A DNA stretch of 64,000 nt from an uncultured candidate division Zixibacteria bacterium. Lineage in GTDB: Bacteria; Zixibacteria; MSB-5A5; GN15; FEB-12. Positions 50,506 through 58,949 of this stretch are shown one piece after another (the first letter of the stretch is position 1; every line of letters begins with the position of its first letter). The position numbers and the translations under genes are program-made. The DNA lies in NCBI GenBank assembly GCA_963664195.1, contig OY760907.1, positions 1,344,001 to 1,408,000 of the forward strand, in the 5' to 3' direction. Below the pieces are notes generated by a model. The model did not search any database and had not been told where the DNA came from. It saw only the letters and a program-made list of their open reading frames with translations.

Positions 50506-52971
50506 ATGTACACATCAATCATCAGCATCATCTGCGTATGCCTCGTTTTCGCGTTCGGCTACGCATCCCCGTTCGAGCCGATGTTCGAGGCTAGAATCGA
50601 TTACCGGGCAGGGCAAAGTCCCAGAGGGATCGTCCTGGCCGATTTTGACGGCGACGGTGACAACGATTTGGCTGTTGCCAACAGCGGGTCGGACTCTGTA
50701 TCCGTCATGCTCAACGAGGGCAACGGAACGTTCGTCCCGTTTACCAACTACGCGGTTGGAGATTGGCCGCGAGCGTTGGCGGTTGGCGATCTCAACGGTG
50801 ACGACAACCACGACCTTGTCGCCGTGAATGCAACGTCGGGCAATGTGTCAATCCTTCTCGGTGCCGGAGACGGCTGGTTCTACCGGCCGGTCGAATATAC
50901 GGTCGGATCAAGTCCGATGTCGGTTGCGGTTTGCGATCTCGACAGTGACGGCTACAACGACCTCGCAGTCGCCAACGCGTTATCAAGTGACATGGCGATC
51001 CTTCACAACACGGGGCACGGCACGTTCCAGCCTGCTGTCAGCTACGGCCTTGCAAACATGCCGCTGGCGGTAGTTTCGGGCGATCTCGACGGTGATACGG
51101 ACAATGATCTGGCAATCGTCTGCTTTGGTTCCGATTCGCTGGTGATATTGCTCAACAACGGGGACGGTACTTTTGCGGCCGGCGCTCAGTCTCCGGCTGT
51201 CGGCACCGAACCACTCTCGATAGTTTGTGCTGACCTCGACGGTGATTCTGACAATGATCTGGCGGTGGGGAATTATGGATCGGATGATTTGTCCGTTCTG
51301 CTCAACAATGGTGACGGCAGTTTTCAACCGGCTGTCATTTATGTCACCGACGCCGACCCCTTTACCCTGTCTGCCTCGGACCTTGATAACGACAATGATC
51401 TTGATCTGGCGGTGACGGTGGGACGCCCCGGCGGAGTCAACATACTGCTGAACAACGGCGACGGTTCGTTTCAGGAGTCGGTGCACCACGTGACAGCCTC
51501 CGGACAGGGGACGGTCTTTGCCGAGGATGTCGACGGCGATGGTGACAACGATCTGGCCGTGACGGCCTCGCAGTACGTGTCGGTTCTGCTGAACAACGGT
51601 GATGCCGGCTTTCTTGCCGCTGAGGTTGTGGCCGCGGGCGATGCGCCGTTTTCGATTGTCGCGACCGATCTCGACGGTGATTTCGACGAGGATTTAGTAG
51701 TATCTAACGTTGGCAGTTCCCCTGACTACGAAGGCTCTATTTCAATACTCTTGTGTCAGGGCGATGGTACGTTCGCGGCTGCCGCAGATTATGCGGTTGG
51801 GGCGTACCCGATGTCGGTGGTTGCCGTAGATCTCGATGCCGACGGTGACCGCGATTTGTTGGTAGCCAATAACAACTCGAACTCGATTTCAGTGCTCGGT
51901 AACCTTGGTGATGGGAGTTTTGCTGCGGTTGCGGAGTACGGTTTGTGTGGTAGCCCTCGTTCGGTGTGCGCGAGTGATCTCAACGGTGACACGATTCCGG
52001 ACCTGATAACGGCCAACGAGAAATCCGATATGGTGACAGTGTTGTACGGCAACGGCGACGGAACATTCCGCTTCCCGATCATGGCGTACACGAGTGGCTA
52101 CGACCCTCGCGCCGTGGTCAGCGGCGATTTCGATGCCGACTCCCATAACGATCTGGCGGTGGGCAACTGGCGTTCGGGGAATGTGTCTATCATGTTCAAC
52201 AACGGTGACGGTACGCTGGCGCCTGCGGTCAACTACGAGGTCGGCCGCACTCCGGTGTCGATTGTGATGGATGACTTCGACGGCGACGGCGATATTGATC
52301 TGGCGATAGCGTTGAATGCGGCCGACAGTGTCGCCCTCCTGATGAACAACGGCGATGGTACGTTTCCCGCCGCCGCGCATTATGCGACGGGCCAGGGACC
52401 ATGGTCGGTTTGGAGCGCGGATATTGACAACGACGGCGACCGTGAATTACTGACGGCCAACATGTCGGCAAACAACGTTGCGGTGTTGTGCAATTGTGGC
52501 GACGGTGGGTTTGCCCCGCCGGAACTGTACGGGGCGGGGAGTTTCCCGGCAGCGGTTGCAACCGGAGACTTTGATACTGATGGTTATGTCGATATTGCTG
52601 TCGCGAACCGTGAGTCAGACAACGTTTCCATTCTCCTCAATCTGACCGGAGAACCGACAAGTCTAGAGGATGGGTTGCCTTCTGCACTGCCGTCCGGTTT
52701 CGTGCTCGGACAGAACTACCCGAATCCGTTTAATCCGCGCACGGCGATCGAGTACTCGCTGCCGACCCGCGCCCACGTGACAATCGGCGTGTATAATCTC
52801 CTCGGACAGTCGGTGCGGGTGCTGGTCGATGACGTGCGGCCGGCCGGGCGGCATCGTGTGGTGTGGAACGGCTGTGACCGTCGGGGGCTGCCGGTGGCCA
52901 CGGGTGTGTATTTCTATCGATTGAATGCCGCTAATCACGTTGAAGCGAGGAAAATGCTTCTGTTGAAATAG
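50506..52971 (+). CDS. FG-GAP/VCBS repeat secreted protein with C-terminal FlgD/T9SS-like domain
   Basis: Many DLDGDxDxDL repeats; QNYPNPFNP..GVYFYRL..RKMLLLK tail. Confidence 0.9.
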   Translation: MYTSIISIICVCLVFAFGYASPFEPMFEARIDYRAGQSPRGIVLADFDGDGDNDLAVANSGSDSVSVMLNEGNGTFVPFTNYAVGDWPRALAVGDLNGDDNHDLVAVNATSGNVSILLGAGDGWFYRPVEYTVGSSPMSVAVCDLDSDGYNDLAVANALSSDMAILHNTGHGTFQPAVSYGLANMPLAVVSGDLDGDTDNDLAIVCFGSDSLVILLNNGDGTFAAGAQSPAVGTEPLSIVCADLDGDSDNDLAVGNYGSDDLSVLLNNGDGSFQPAVIYVTDADPFTLSASDLDNDNDLDLAVTVGRPGGVNILLNNGDGSFQESVHHVTASGQGTVFAEDVDGDGDNDLAVTASQYVSVLLNNGDAGFLAAEVVAAGDAPFSIVATDLDGDFDEDLVVSNVGSSPDYEGSISILLCQGDGTFAAAADYAVGAYPMSVVAVDLDADGDRDLLVANNNSNSISVLGNLGDGSFAAVAEYGLCGSPRSVCASDLNGDTIPDLITANEKSDMVTVLYGNGDGTFRFPIMAYTSGYDPRAVVSGDFDADSHNDLAVGNWRSGNVSIMFNNGDGTLAPAVNYEVGRTPVSIVMDDFDGDGDIDLAIALNAADSVALLMNNGDGTFPAAAHYATGQGPWSVWSADIDNDGDRELLTANMSANNVAVLCNCGDGGFAPPELYGAGSFPAAVATGDFDTDGYVDIAVANRESDNVSILLNLTGEPTSLEDGLPSALPSGFVLGQNYPNPFNPRTAIEYSLPTRAHVTIGVYNLLGQSVRVLVDDVRPAGRHRVVWNGCDRRGLPVATGVYFYRLNAANHVEARKMLLLK

Positions 52972-53003
52972 ACTGTTCTTCTCATTGGTTTGATGTGCTC
53001 GGT

Positions 53004-53052
53004 AAAAGAGTGGTGGCCCATCAGCAAGGATCAACCTGTGCCGACGGGCCAC
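53004..53052 (-). terminator. Minus-strand hairpin terminator
   Basis: GTGGCCCGTCGGCA-loop-TGCTGATGGGCCAC then CACTCTTTT; two G-U pairs form only on the minus strand. Confidence 0.55.
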
Positions 53053-53220
53053 ACGGGGAGGGATTCATCATGCATTCTATTTCAACAACACCGCCTTGAC
53101 GGTTTCGGTTCTGACTAAAAATGCCCGGTGGGCGGTATTCCGCTAAGCCGGTTTTCGCCAGGGAGTGGAAATGGTCAGGATTCTCTTGATGGGCATCAGG
53201 TTCCCTCCCGTAGCGAGTTT
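53053..53220 (-). ncRNA. Candidate structured ncRNA (6S-RNA-like rod)
   Basis: TTGACA-16-CATATT promoter (53253-53226); 5' GGGAGGGA pairs with 3' TCCCTCCC; nested ATGC/GCAT, TCAA/TTGA, CTGAC/GTCAG, GGCG/CGCC stems. Confidence 0.35.
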
Positions 53221-53291
53221 ACACCAATATGCCTTGATATCCTGATTTGTCAAGATTAAATGCAGACCGGCAGATGGATGATAGGGGGGAG

Positions 53292-54380
53292 CTATGAAGC
53301 CCACACGAGCTTTCTCTTCAGCCCGTTGCTCTTCGACCAGTGGTCGAGGAGTCCTTCGTGCTGAAGTCGTCCGACTACGATTCCGGGAGCAATACCAATT
53401 CGACGGGCGAAAGTGGCAATCGTCCTTTGACTGAGCGAAACGTGTTCATCAACCAAATCTTCCAACTCTTCAGGAGGAATGAGCGTGTTGGCAGCAAACC
53501 TGTTCGCTTCGCGTTCCTCAGGGCTGTCGGCATCGATTCCTTCGATAAAGATGTGCCGCTTCTTGTGCAGCAGAATATGGGCAGCTTCATGAAAAAAGGT
53601 GAACCACAGATGATCGTCGGTCTTGTACTTGAGGCTGAGTTGCAGAAGAGCCTTATCTTGTGAGAGCCATCTGGTGGCGCCGCTGGCAGTTCTCCTCAGT
53701 TCCTTAACAAATACCACAGCCACGCCGCACTCGGCGCACATGTCGATCACCTTCTGTTGGAAAACCGTGGGCGGTGCAGTAGTCAGCTTGCGGATGTTGG
53801 TCAGGCAGTGTTTGAACTTCTCTTTGTCATAGGAAGTGCAGTTGATTCTGCTAGCCACAAGTTCCCCCATACGCAACCAACAAGCCAAAGCATAGCGATC
53901 AGGTGCAAAGGAGGCCGATGTGCGAAATGCAATTTGGACACTACCCCAATGTTCCCCCCACGCGTCAGGAGATGCGACTCCAAAGAAGCCAAGCAGGTTC
54001 TGAAGTCGTGTCAATGGATCACGGACATCCGCCACCCACCTTCGGTTTGCCATAGTCTTGTAGGGAAAGTTGCGCACCCATTCAATATTCTGTCCAAGCG
54101 ATCGCTCTTCCGCAGCGCGAGCGAGGAACTCATCGAACCGGCGCTGACGGTTGTTCCAGAAACTCGACGGCACGCCCAACACCCTCTCAAGCTGTATGGC
54201 GGTTTCTGGAGATATTGGAGCCTTTCCCTTAATGATCTCGTTGATATGCTTCTGAGTTCTACCAGTGCGTTCCGCCAATTCCCTCTGCGACATCTGTCTG
54301 TCTTCAAGTATCTCGGACAGAGTATCCCCCGGTGGCGACACATAGTCGGGCCTGTATTCGTTGGCCAACTGCTTAGCCAT
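53292..54380 (-). CDS. higA: HigA-family antitoxin (Xre HTH) fused to ImmA/IrrE metallopeptidase domain
   Basis: SPPGDTL..MSQRELAERTG..FWNNRQ; FTFFHEAAH; EREANRFA. Confidence 0.88.
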   Translation of the reverse strand: MAKQLANEYRPDYVSPPGDTLSEILEDRQMSQRELAERTGRTQKHINEIIKGKAPISPETAIQLERVLGVPSSFWNNRQRRFDEFLARAAEERSLGQNIEWVRNFPYKTMANRRWVADVRDPLTRLQNLLGFFGVASPDAWGEHWGSVQIAFRTSASFAPDRYALACWLRMGELVASRINCTSYDKEKFKHCLTNIRKLTTAPPTVFQQKVIDMCAECGVAVVFVKELRRTASGATRWLSQDKALLQLSLKYKTDDHLWFTFFHEAAHILLHKKRHIFIEGIDADSPEEREANRFAANTLIPPEELEDLVDEHVSLSQRTIATFARRIGIAPGIVVGRLQHEGLLDHWSKSNGLKRKLVWAS

Positions 54381-54710
54381 GTGTATCCTCCACTTCCAGG
54401 ATTCTAACCTTCGTCACTCGCCTTAAGTCGATTCCACCATCTTGCAGGTATGGCAGTGGTTCGTCAGCCAACTCAAACACCAATCTGAACGGATGTTTCA
54501 GATCAAGCGTCCACTGTCCTTTTCTGTCGCCGATGAGTGGATGACACCTCCGGGGATGAATTGCCACCAAATCACGAAGACTGTCAGCATCTCGCATCTC
54601 ATCGAGTCTCTGAAGTACTCTCTTGCCACTCACTTTCCCCACTGCTTCTGTGCGGCTTTCAGCGAATTGCAGTACTTCCGTAGCTTATTCGTACGAAACA
54701 GTATATCCAC
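54373..54710 (-). CDS. higB: HigB/RelE-family toxin split by a -1 frameshift at about 54633-54639
   Basis: Frame A MDILFRTNKLRKYCNSLKAAQKQWGK-stop; frame B GKVSGKRVLQRLDEM..CHPLIGDRKGQWTLDLKHPFRLVF; joined product 112 aa. Confidence 0.75.
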
Positions 54711-54728
54711 TTGTCGGCACGGGACTCA

Positions 54729-54757
54729 TTTGTATTAACGTAATAGGTTAATACAAA
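54729..54757. promoter_or_regulatory. Putative HigA operator
   Basis: Perfect 11-bp inverted repeat TTTGTATTAAC-N7-GTTAATACAAA just upstream of the toxin start. Confidence 0.7.
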
Positions 54758-54890
54758 GTTTGCACCATGAAGGCAATTGTCAAGAAAAAAGACTGCAAAG
54801 AACCCAGAAAGTGATGTGGAGTACTGATTCCCCCCCCAAACTCCACGTCCTTAGCGGAGGCGGCGCAGTCGAAACACGCCAAGGCGGTCT

Positions 54891-56087
54891 CTACTTCTTT
54901 CCGCCGAAAAATCCGGCCAGACGTTCAGAGTAAGCCGTCAGTTCCGTCATCTCCTCATCCGACGGCACCAGTCGTGCACGGAAATCTTCCTCGAACACTT
55001 TCAGTTTCAGCCCGGCCAGACGTTCTGCTACCAGTTTGACGCCTTCCCCGCCCCAGCCGTAGGAGCCGAATACGGCCGCCTTCTTGCCGATGCGGTAAAC
55101 GGTCGAGAACAGGTTGACCAGATTCCAGACCGGCTCGACCGCGTCGCCGTTGAAAGTTGGCGTTCCGATGACAACGCCGATACTTGACTCGATCAACTCT
55201 TTGGCTTCGTCAGCGTTTATCTCGGTAATGTTGGCAAGCTCTGATGTCAGGCCGTACTTGCCGAGTTCTCCGGCCATTGCCTCGGCGAGCTTTTTCGTGT
55301 TGCCGTAGTTCGACGCATAAAACAACGCGATTTGCTGTTTGCCGGCGGTCTTGTCGGCGCACCATTCCTTATACTTGTCTATGTACTGGCGTGGATGCGA
55401 ACGAAGGATCGGACCGTGGGAGGTGGCGATCATCTGGATATCGAGGTCGTCGAGTTTGGTCAGATTCTTGCGAGCAAAGCCGGTGAACGGCCGCATGATG
55501 GCATCCCAGTAATAGTAGAACTCATGGGCGAGATCGAGTCCTTCGGGGACTTCATCGTCGTACAACGTGTCGGTCGCCAGGTGCGCGGCGAAACCGTCGT
55601 TGGAGAACAGGATTTTATCTTCCTTGAGATAATCCATCATGGTATCTGGCCAGTGCATGTACGGCATTCCCTTGAACAGGAGCGTTTTGCCGCCGAGGTC
55701 AAGTTCATGACCGTCTTTGACGCCAGTGATGTCAGCCTCGCGGTTGATGACGTTTTTGAGAAACGGCATGGCCGGTGCGGAGCAGATCAACTTGATATTC
55801 GGTGCCCTGTCAAGGATAGTCAAAATGCCGCCGGAATGGTCCGGCTCGTTATGGTTCACGACCAGGTAGTTGATAGATTCCACCGGAACGATTTCGTTGA
55901 TGTTGGTGAGGTACTCCTCGACAAACTCCAGCTTGACCGTATCGACCAGAGCCGTTTTTTCACCTTTGATGAGGTAGGCATTGTACGTGGTTCCGTGCTC
56001 GGTTTTCATCACAATATCGAACACCGGCAGTTCGGGATCTTTGACGCCCACCGAGTAGACGTTTTTTGCAATCTGTATAGCGCTCAT
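54891..56087 (-). CDS. fprA: Flavodiiron protein (FprA, A-type flavoprotein; O2/NO reductase family)
   Basis: GTTYNAY, NHNEPDH, HWPD, SNDGF, SHG; flavodoxin SNYGNT, FGSYGWGGE. Confidence 0.92.
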   Translation of the reverse strand: MSAIQIAKNVYSVGVKDPELPVFDIVMKTEHGTTYNAYLIKGEKTALVDTVKLEFVEEYLTNINEIVPVESINYLVVNHNEPDHSGGILTILDRAPNIKLICSAPAMPFLKNVINREADITGVKDGHELDLGGKTLLFKGMPYMHWPDTMMDYLKEDKILFSNDGFAAHLATDTLYDDEVPEGLDLAHEFYYYWDAIMRPFTGFARKNLTKLDDLDIQMIATSHGPILRSHPRQYIDKYKEWCADKTAGKQQIALFYASNYGNTKKLAEAMAGELGKYGLTSELANITEINADEAKELIESSIGVVIGTPTFNGDAVEPVWNLVNLFSTVYRIGKKAAVFGSYGWGGEGVKLVAERLAGLKLKVFEEDFRARLVPSDEEMTELTAYSERLAGFFGGKK

Positions 56088-56220
56088 AGACTTGTTCGCT
56101 CCGTTAGTTAGTATGTCCGGTGGAATATATATAAAAACGGGAGCAACACAAGCGGTGTACCTTGATGGCCGTCATGATCCCGAATGTCAAGAAGTGACCC
56201 GATATGCCGAAGATCTGAAT

Positions 56221-56532
56221 ATGAAGATTCTGCAGATGAGAGACGCTGATGACTGTTTCGACGGTTCCTTCATGAAGGAAGCCATTTTGGAACAGCCTGC
56301 TACCGAGTCCTTCATCCTCTATCTCGGGGGATTCGGGGAGTTGCAGTACTATTCCGATTTCAAGAGACCGTTTTTTCGCCTCGACATACCGCAGAAGCTC
56401 ATCCTCAAAGGGATTCAGGGGATGCCGAAGCTGACAGTGATCTTCAGCCGGGACGATACCGAGGGCGGGGTGGCGATGTTTGAGCAGATTGTCTCCAGGT
56501 TCGACGTCCAGACTGAACCAACACGTATTTGA
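56221..56532 (+). CDS. Hypothetical protein (103 aa)
   Basis: MKILQMRDADDCFDGSFMKE..FKRPFFRLD..LKGIQG; start uncertain (ORF extends to 56092). Confidence 0.6.
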   Translation: MKILQMRDADDCFDGSFMKEAILEQPATESFILYLGGFGELQYYSDFKRPFFRLDIPQKLILKGIQGMPKLTVIFSRDDTEGGVAMFEQIVSRFDVQTEPTRI

Positions 56533-56722
56533 TGCTTCACAGCCGATTGTGCCAATTCCATACAATGCTGTCTACTGTACATTAATAGACCCATGAGTGG
56601 CCTTAAGTCATCCTTCTGTTTCGCCGAGAACACGTACAATGCTGCGATCCGGAGAAGCACAGGCGGCTTCATTCGCCACGGCAGAATTTTGAGACAAATT
56701 ACTTCACAACAGGAGGCGTGCA

Positions 56723-56902
56723 ATGGGAGCACGATTGACTGGCTTTTATGCCGAAGCCAAGCAGCTTGGCGGTCTCAAGGCTACGATGAGACTTGCCGTA
56801 GCAACAGGGGTGCCGTCAACGAAGGCGGGCTCAGAGGCCGATTCACCGGAACTCGTCAAGAAGTTTGAAACGGCGCTGGCCGCTATCAAGAAAGAATTGT
56901 AA
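56723..56902 (+). CDS. Small helical protein (59 aa), first gene of the V4R-like operon
   Basis: Manual translation MGARLTGFYAEAKQLGGLKATMRLAVATGVPSTKAGSEADSPELVKKFETALAAIKKEL; AGGAGG RBS; ends 10 nt before the next gene. Confidence 0.8.
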   Translation: MGARLTGFYAEAKQLGGLKATMRLAVATGVPSTKAGSEADSPELVKKFETALAAIKKEL

Positions 56903-56912
56903 GGGGTAACAA

Positions 56913-57482
56913 ATGACAACACAAACCAAGACTCAGACGTTTACCTCTGACAACTCTTCGGTCGTCTACGAGGTCAACCAGACATTCGACAAACAGAAAA
57001 TGCGTCACTACTTCAATGGTGAGTGCAGCGTTCTTCATTGTCACCATTATGCCACTCTGTTCACGCAGTTGGCCACCGACGCTCAGGATTTTCAGGGGCC
57101 GACCCATCTGGCAGAAGCTTCAGCAGAAACGTTCTATCCGATTCTGAAGAAACGCTTCAAAGAGCAGCAGGTTTCCGATGTCTCTGACAGGATCAGTCTG
57201 GTGGAGCAGTATTATTCACTGGTCGGATTAGGACGCGTCAAGTTCCAGTGCTCTGACGGTTATGCAGCCGTTGAAATGGGCCACTCCCACGTTGACGAGG
57301 GTTGGCTGAAGAAGTGGGGTCCGCGTGACAGCCGGGTCAATTTCATGGGCGAGGGGTACATCAAGGCCGCCTGCGCCGCGATTTTCGACCTGAACAACTG
57401 GAACAACATCAGCGTGCAGGAGACACAGAGTATCGTTTGCGGTGCCTCCACCTCCCGCTTTGAAGCGAAATGGCAGAGATAA
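56913..57482 (+). CDS. Stand-alone V4R/H-NOX-fold-like protein with HCHHY motif
   Basis: LHCHHY; GLGRV; GYIKAACAAIF; ETQSIVCGASTSRF resembles a V4R C-terminus. Confidence 0.7.
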   Translation: MTTQTKTQTFTSDNSSVVYEVNQTFDKQKMRHYFNGECSVLHCHHYATLFTQLATDAQDFQGPTHLAEASAETFYPILKKRFKEQQVSDVSDRISLVEQYYSLVGLGRVKFQCSDGYAAVEMGHSHVDEGWLKKWGPRDSRVNFMGEGYIKAACAAIFDLNNWNNISVQETQSIVCGASTSRFEAKWQR

Positions 57483-57492
57483 GGAGTAGTCA

Positions 57493-58077
57493 ATGGCTAT
57501 AAATAGAGATACAGTAATTAACGACCTCTCGTCGATCCGCGTCAAGGGCAACGATGAAGGTCTTATCCCCGCTTTTGGCGTCCTCGTCAATCAGTTGCCG
57601 GCCAATTTCTGGAATACGTTTTCATCGAAGATACTCGACGCTGCCGGCGAAGATCTCAGCGAGGCCGCCGAGGCCCTGCTGGAAAACGCCGCTGCCGAGT
57701 GCGGGTATCACACCGGCTACGGTATCATCACCTCGGAAGAATTCCAGTCTGTTGTTGGACCGATGATCGAGAAGCAGCCGGAGGATGTCCTCCACGGTGC
57801 CTACGGCGTATTCACTGCCTGGGGTTGGGCCAATTCTGAAATCGTAGAGTTGGATCCGGGCCAGAAAATGGTCGTCCGGGCGTATGACTACTACGAGGGC
57901 GACATGAAGGACTCTAAAGGTATGGTCGCTCACATGATTCGTGGCGTCTCACGTGCCTTCATGGATCTCGCTTACAGCGAGCAGTACCCGAAAGGTTTTG
58001 GCAAGTTCAAATGCGAACAGACCAAGGGTATCGAGATGGGTGACGAGTACGGCGAATTCGTCGTGACCCCGGCCTGA
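57493..58077 (+). CDS. Stand-alone V4R (4-vinyl reductase)-like protein
   Basis: ECGYHTGYG; AWGWANSEIVE; YYE; CEQTKGIEMGDEYGEF; AAGGAG RBS. Confidence 0.75.
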   Translation: MAINRDTVINDLSSIRVKGNDEGLIPAFGVLVNQLPANFWNTFSSKILDAAGEDLSEAAEALLENAAAECGYHTGYGIITSEEFQSVVGPMIEKQPEDVLHGAYGVFTAWGWANSEIVELDPGQKMVVRAYDYYEGDMKDSKGMVAHMIRGVSRAFMDLAYSEQYPKGFGKFKCEQTKGIEMGDEYGEFVVTPA

Positions 58078-58103
58078 CGGCCCATTCGATAGACTAATAC
58101 TTG

Positions 58104-58137
58104 AGCAGGGCGCCGAAACGGCGCTCTGTTTTTGTTT
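58104..58137 (+). terminator. Rho-independent terminator of the V4R-like operon
   Basis: AGCAGGGCGCCG-AAA-CGGCGCTCTGTT-TTTGTTT. Confidence 0.8.
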
Positions 58138-58446
58138 GGGTCATGCATCTGTCTCGCAATGGCTTATGTATTGTGCCTGCCAACGGATATCTCACCTGCA
58201 AAGCTCCTGCAAAGAACAGCCGATAATCTTACTAATGGTCTGGGGCTGACAACGACTGAGACTCCGGTATTTTCCTTCGATACCTTTCACCGCACCTGAC
58301 AGACTCGTTACCACTGCTCCCCCTTTTCCAGACTCAGAGCAAGAAACAGATTGCAGCACAGGCAGTTAGCTGCCTGCTATGGAAGAAGGCACCGGGTGAT
58401 AATACCGACAAAAACACAGGTTTACTCCTCGGAAGGATCAACGATC

Positions 58447-58902
58447 ATGTTGGATCCCGGATCGTGGTCTGTCTCATTCGTGAAGCCTTTCTCCGAAATC
58501 GGGGCATTCTACGATCCACGGGGAGAGGTGTTTTTGGTCGAAGCTGCCGCAGAGACGTTTTCGTCGGCCCTGAAAAGCTGTTTTTCGGGCCAGCCAGTCA
58601 CCAACATATCCGACCGCATATCGCTGGCCGAACAATACTTTGCGTTCCTGGGGATGGGCAGAATACACATGACGTGCTCAGGCGATGGGGCCCTGGTCAG
58701 TGTATTGCTGACCGACGATGCCCTGGGAACATGCAGACCCCAGCCTGAAGAGTGGTTCCGATTGGTGACCGTGGGCTATATCAAAGCAGCCTGTGCCGCG
58801 GTAATCGAAACCGTGACGTTTCAGAAAATAGCTGTTAGCAGAATGCACAAACCGAATGATGTGTCTGCCGAACAAACGTTTCAGGCATCCTGGCCGACAT
58901 GA
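58447..58902 (+). CDS. Divergent paralog of the HCHHY V4R-like protein
   Basis: Shares AETF, SDRISL.EQY, G.GR, GYIKAACAA with 56913-57482 but lacks HCHHY; start uncertain. Confidence 0.65.
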   Translation: MLDPGSWSVSFVKPFSEIGAFYDPRGEVFLVEAAAETFSSALKSCFSGQPVTNISDRISLAEQYFAFLGMGRIHMTCSGDGALVSVLLTDDALGTCRPQPEEWFRLVTVGYIKAACAAVIETVTFQKIAVSRMHKPNDVSAEQTFQASWPT

Positions 58903-58929
58903 AAAAGGGTGCCTCGTGGCACCCCTTTT
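58902..58929. terminator. Bidirectional terminator
   Basis: AAAAAGGGTGCC-TCGT-GGCACCCCTTTT between convergent genes. Confidence 0.75.
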
Positions 58930-58949
58930 CGATAGTACCTTGCTTCATG

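Noticed and set aside
50506..52971. Periodic DNA repeats as a possible CRISPR array or DGR template
   Set aside because: They are degenerate in-frame FG-GAP protein repeats; no spacers, cas or reverse transcriptase genes are present
56593..56868. 91-aa plus-strand ORF upstream of the V4R-like genes
   Set aside because: Overlaps, in another frame, the 59-aa gene that has the strong RBS and operon spacing
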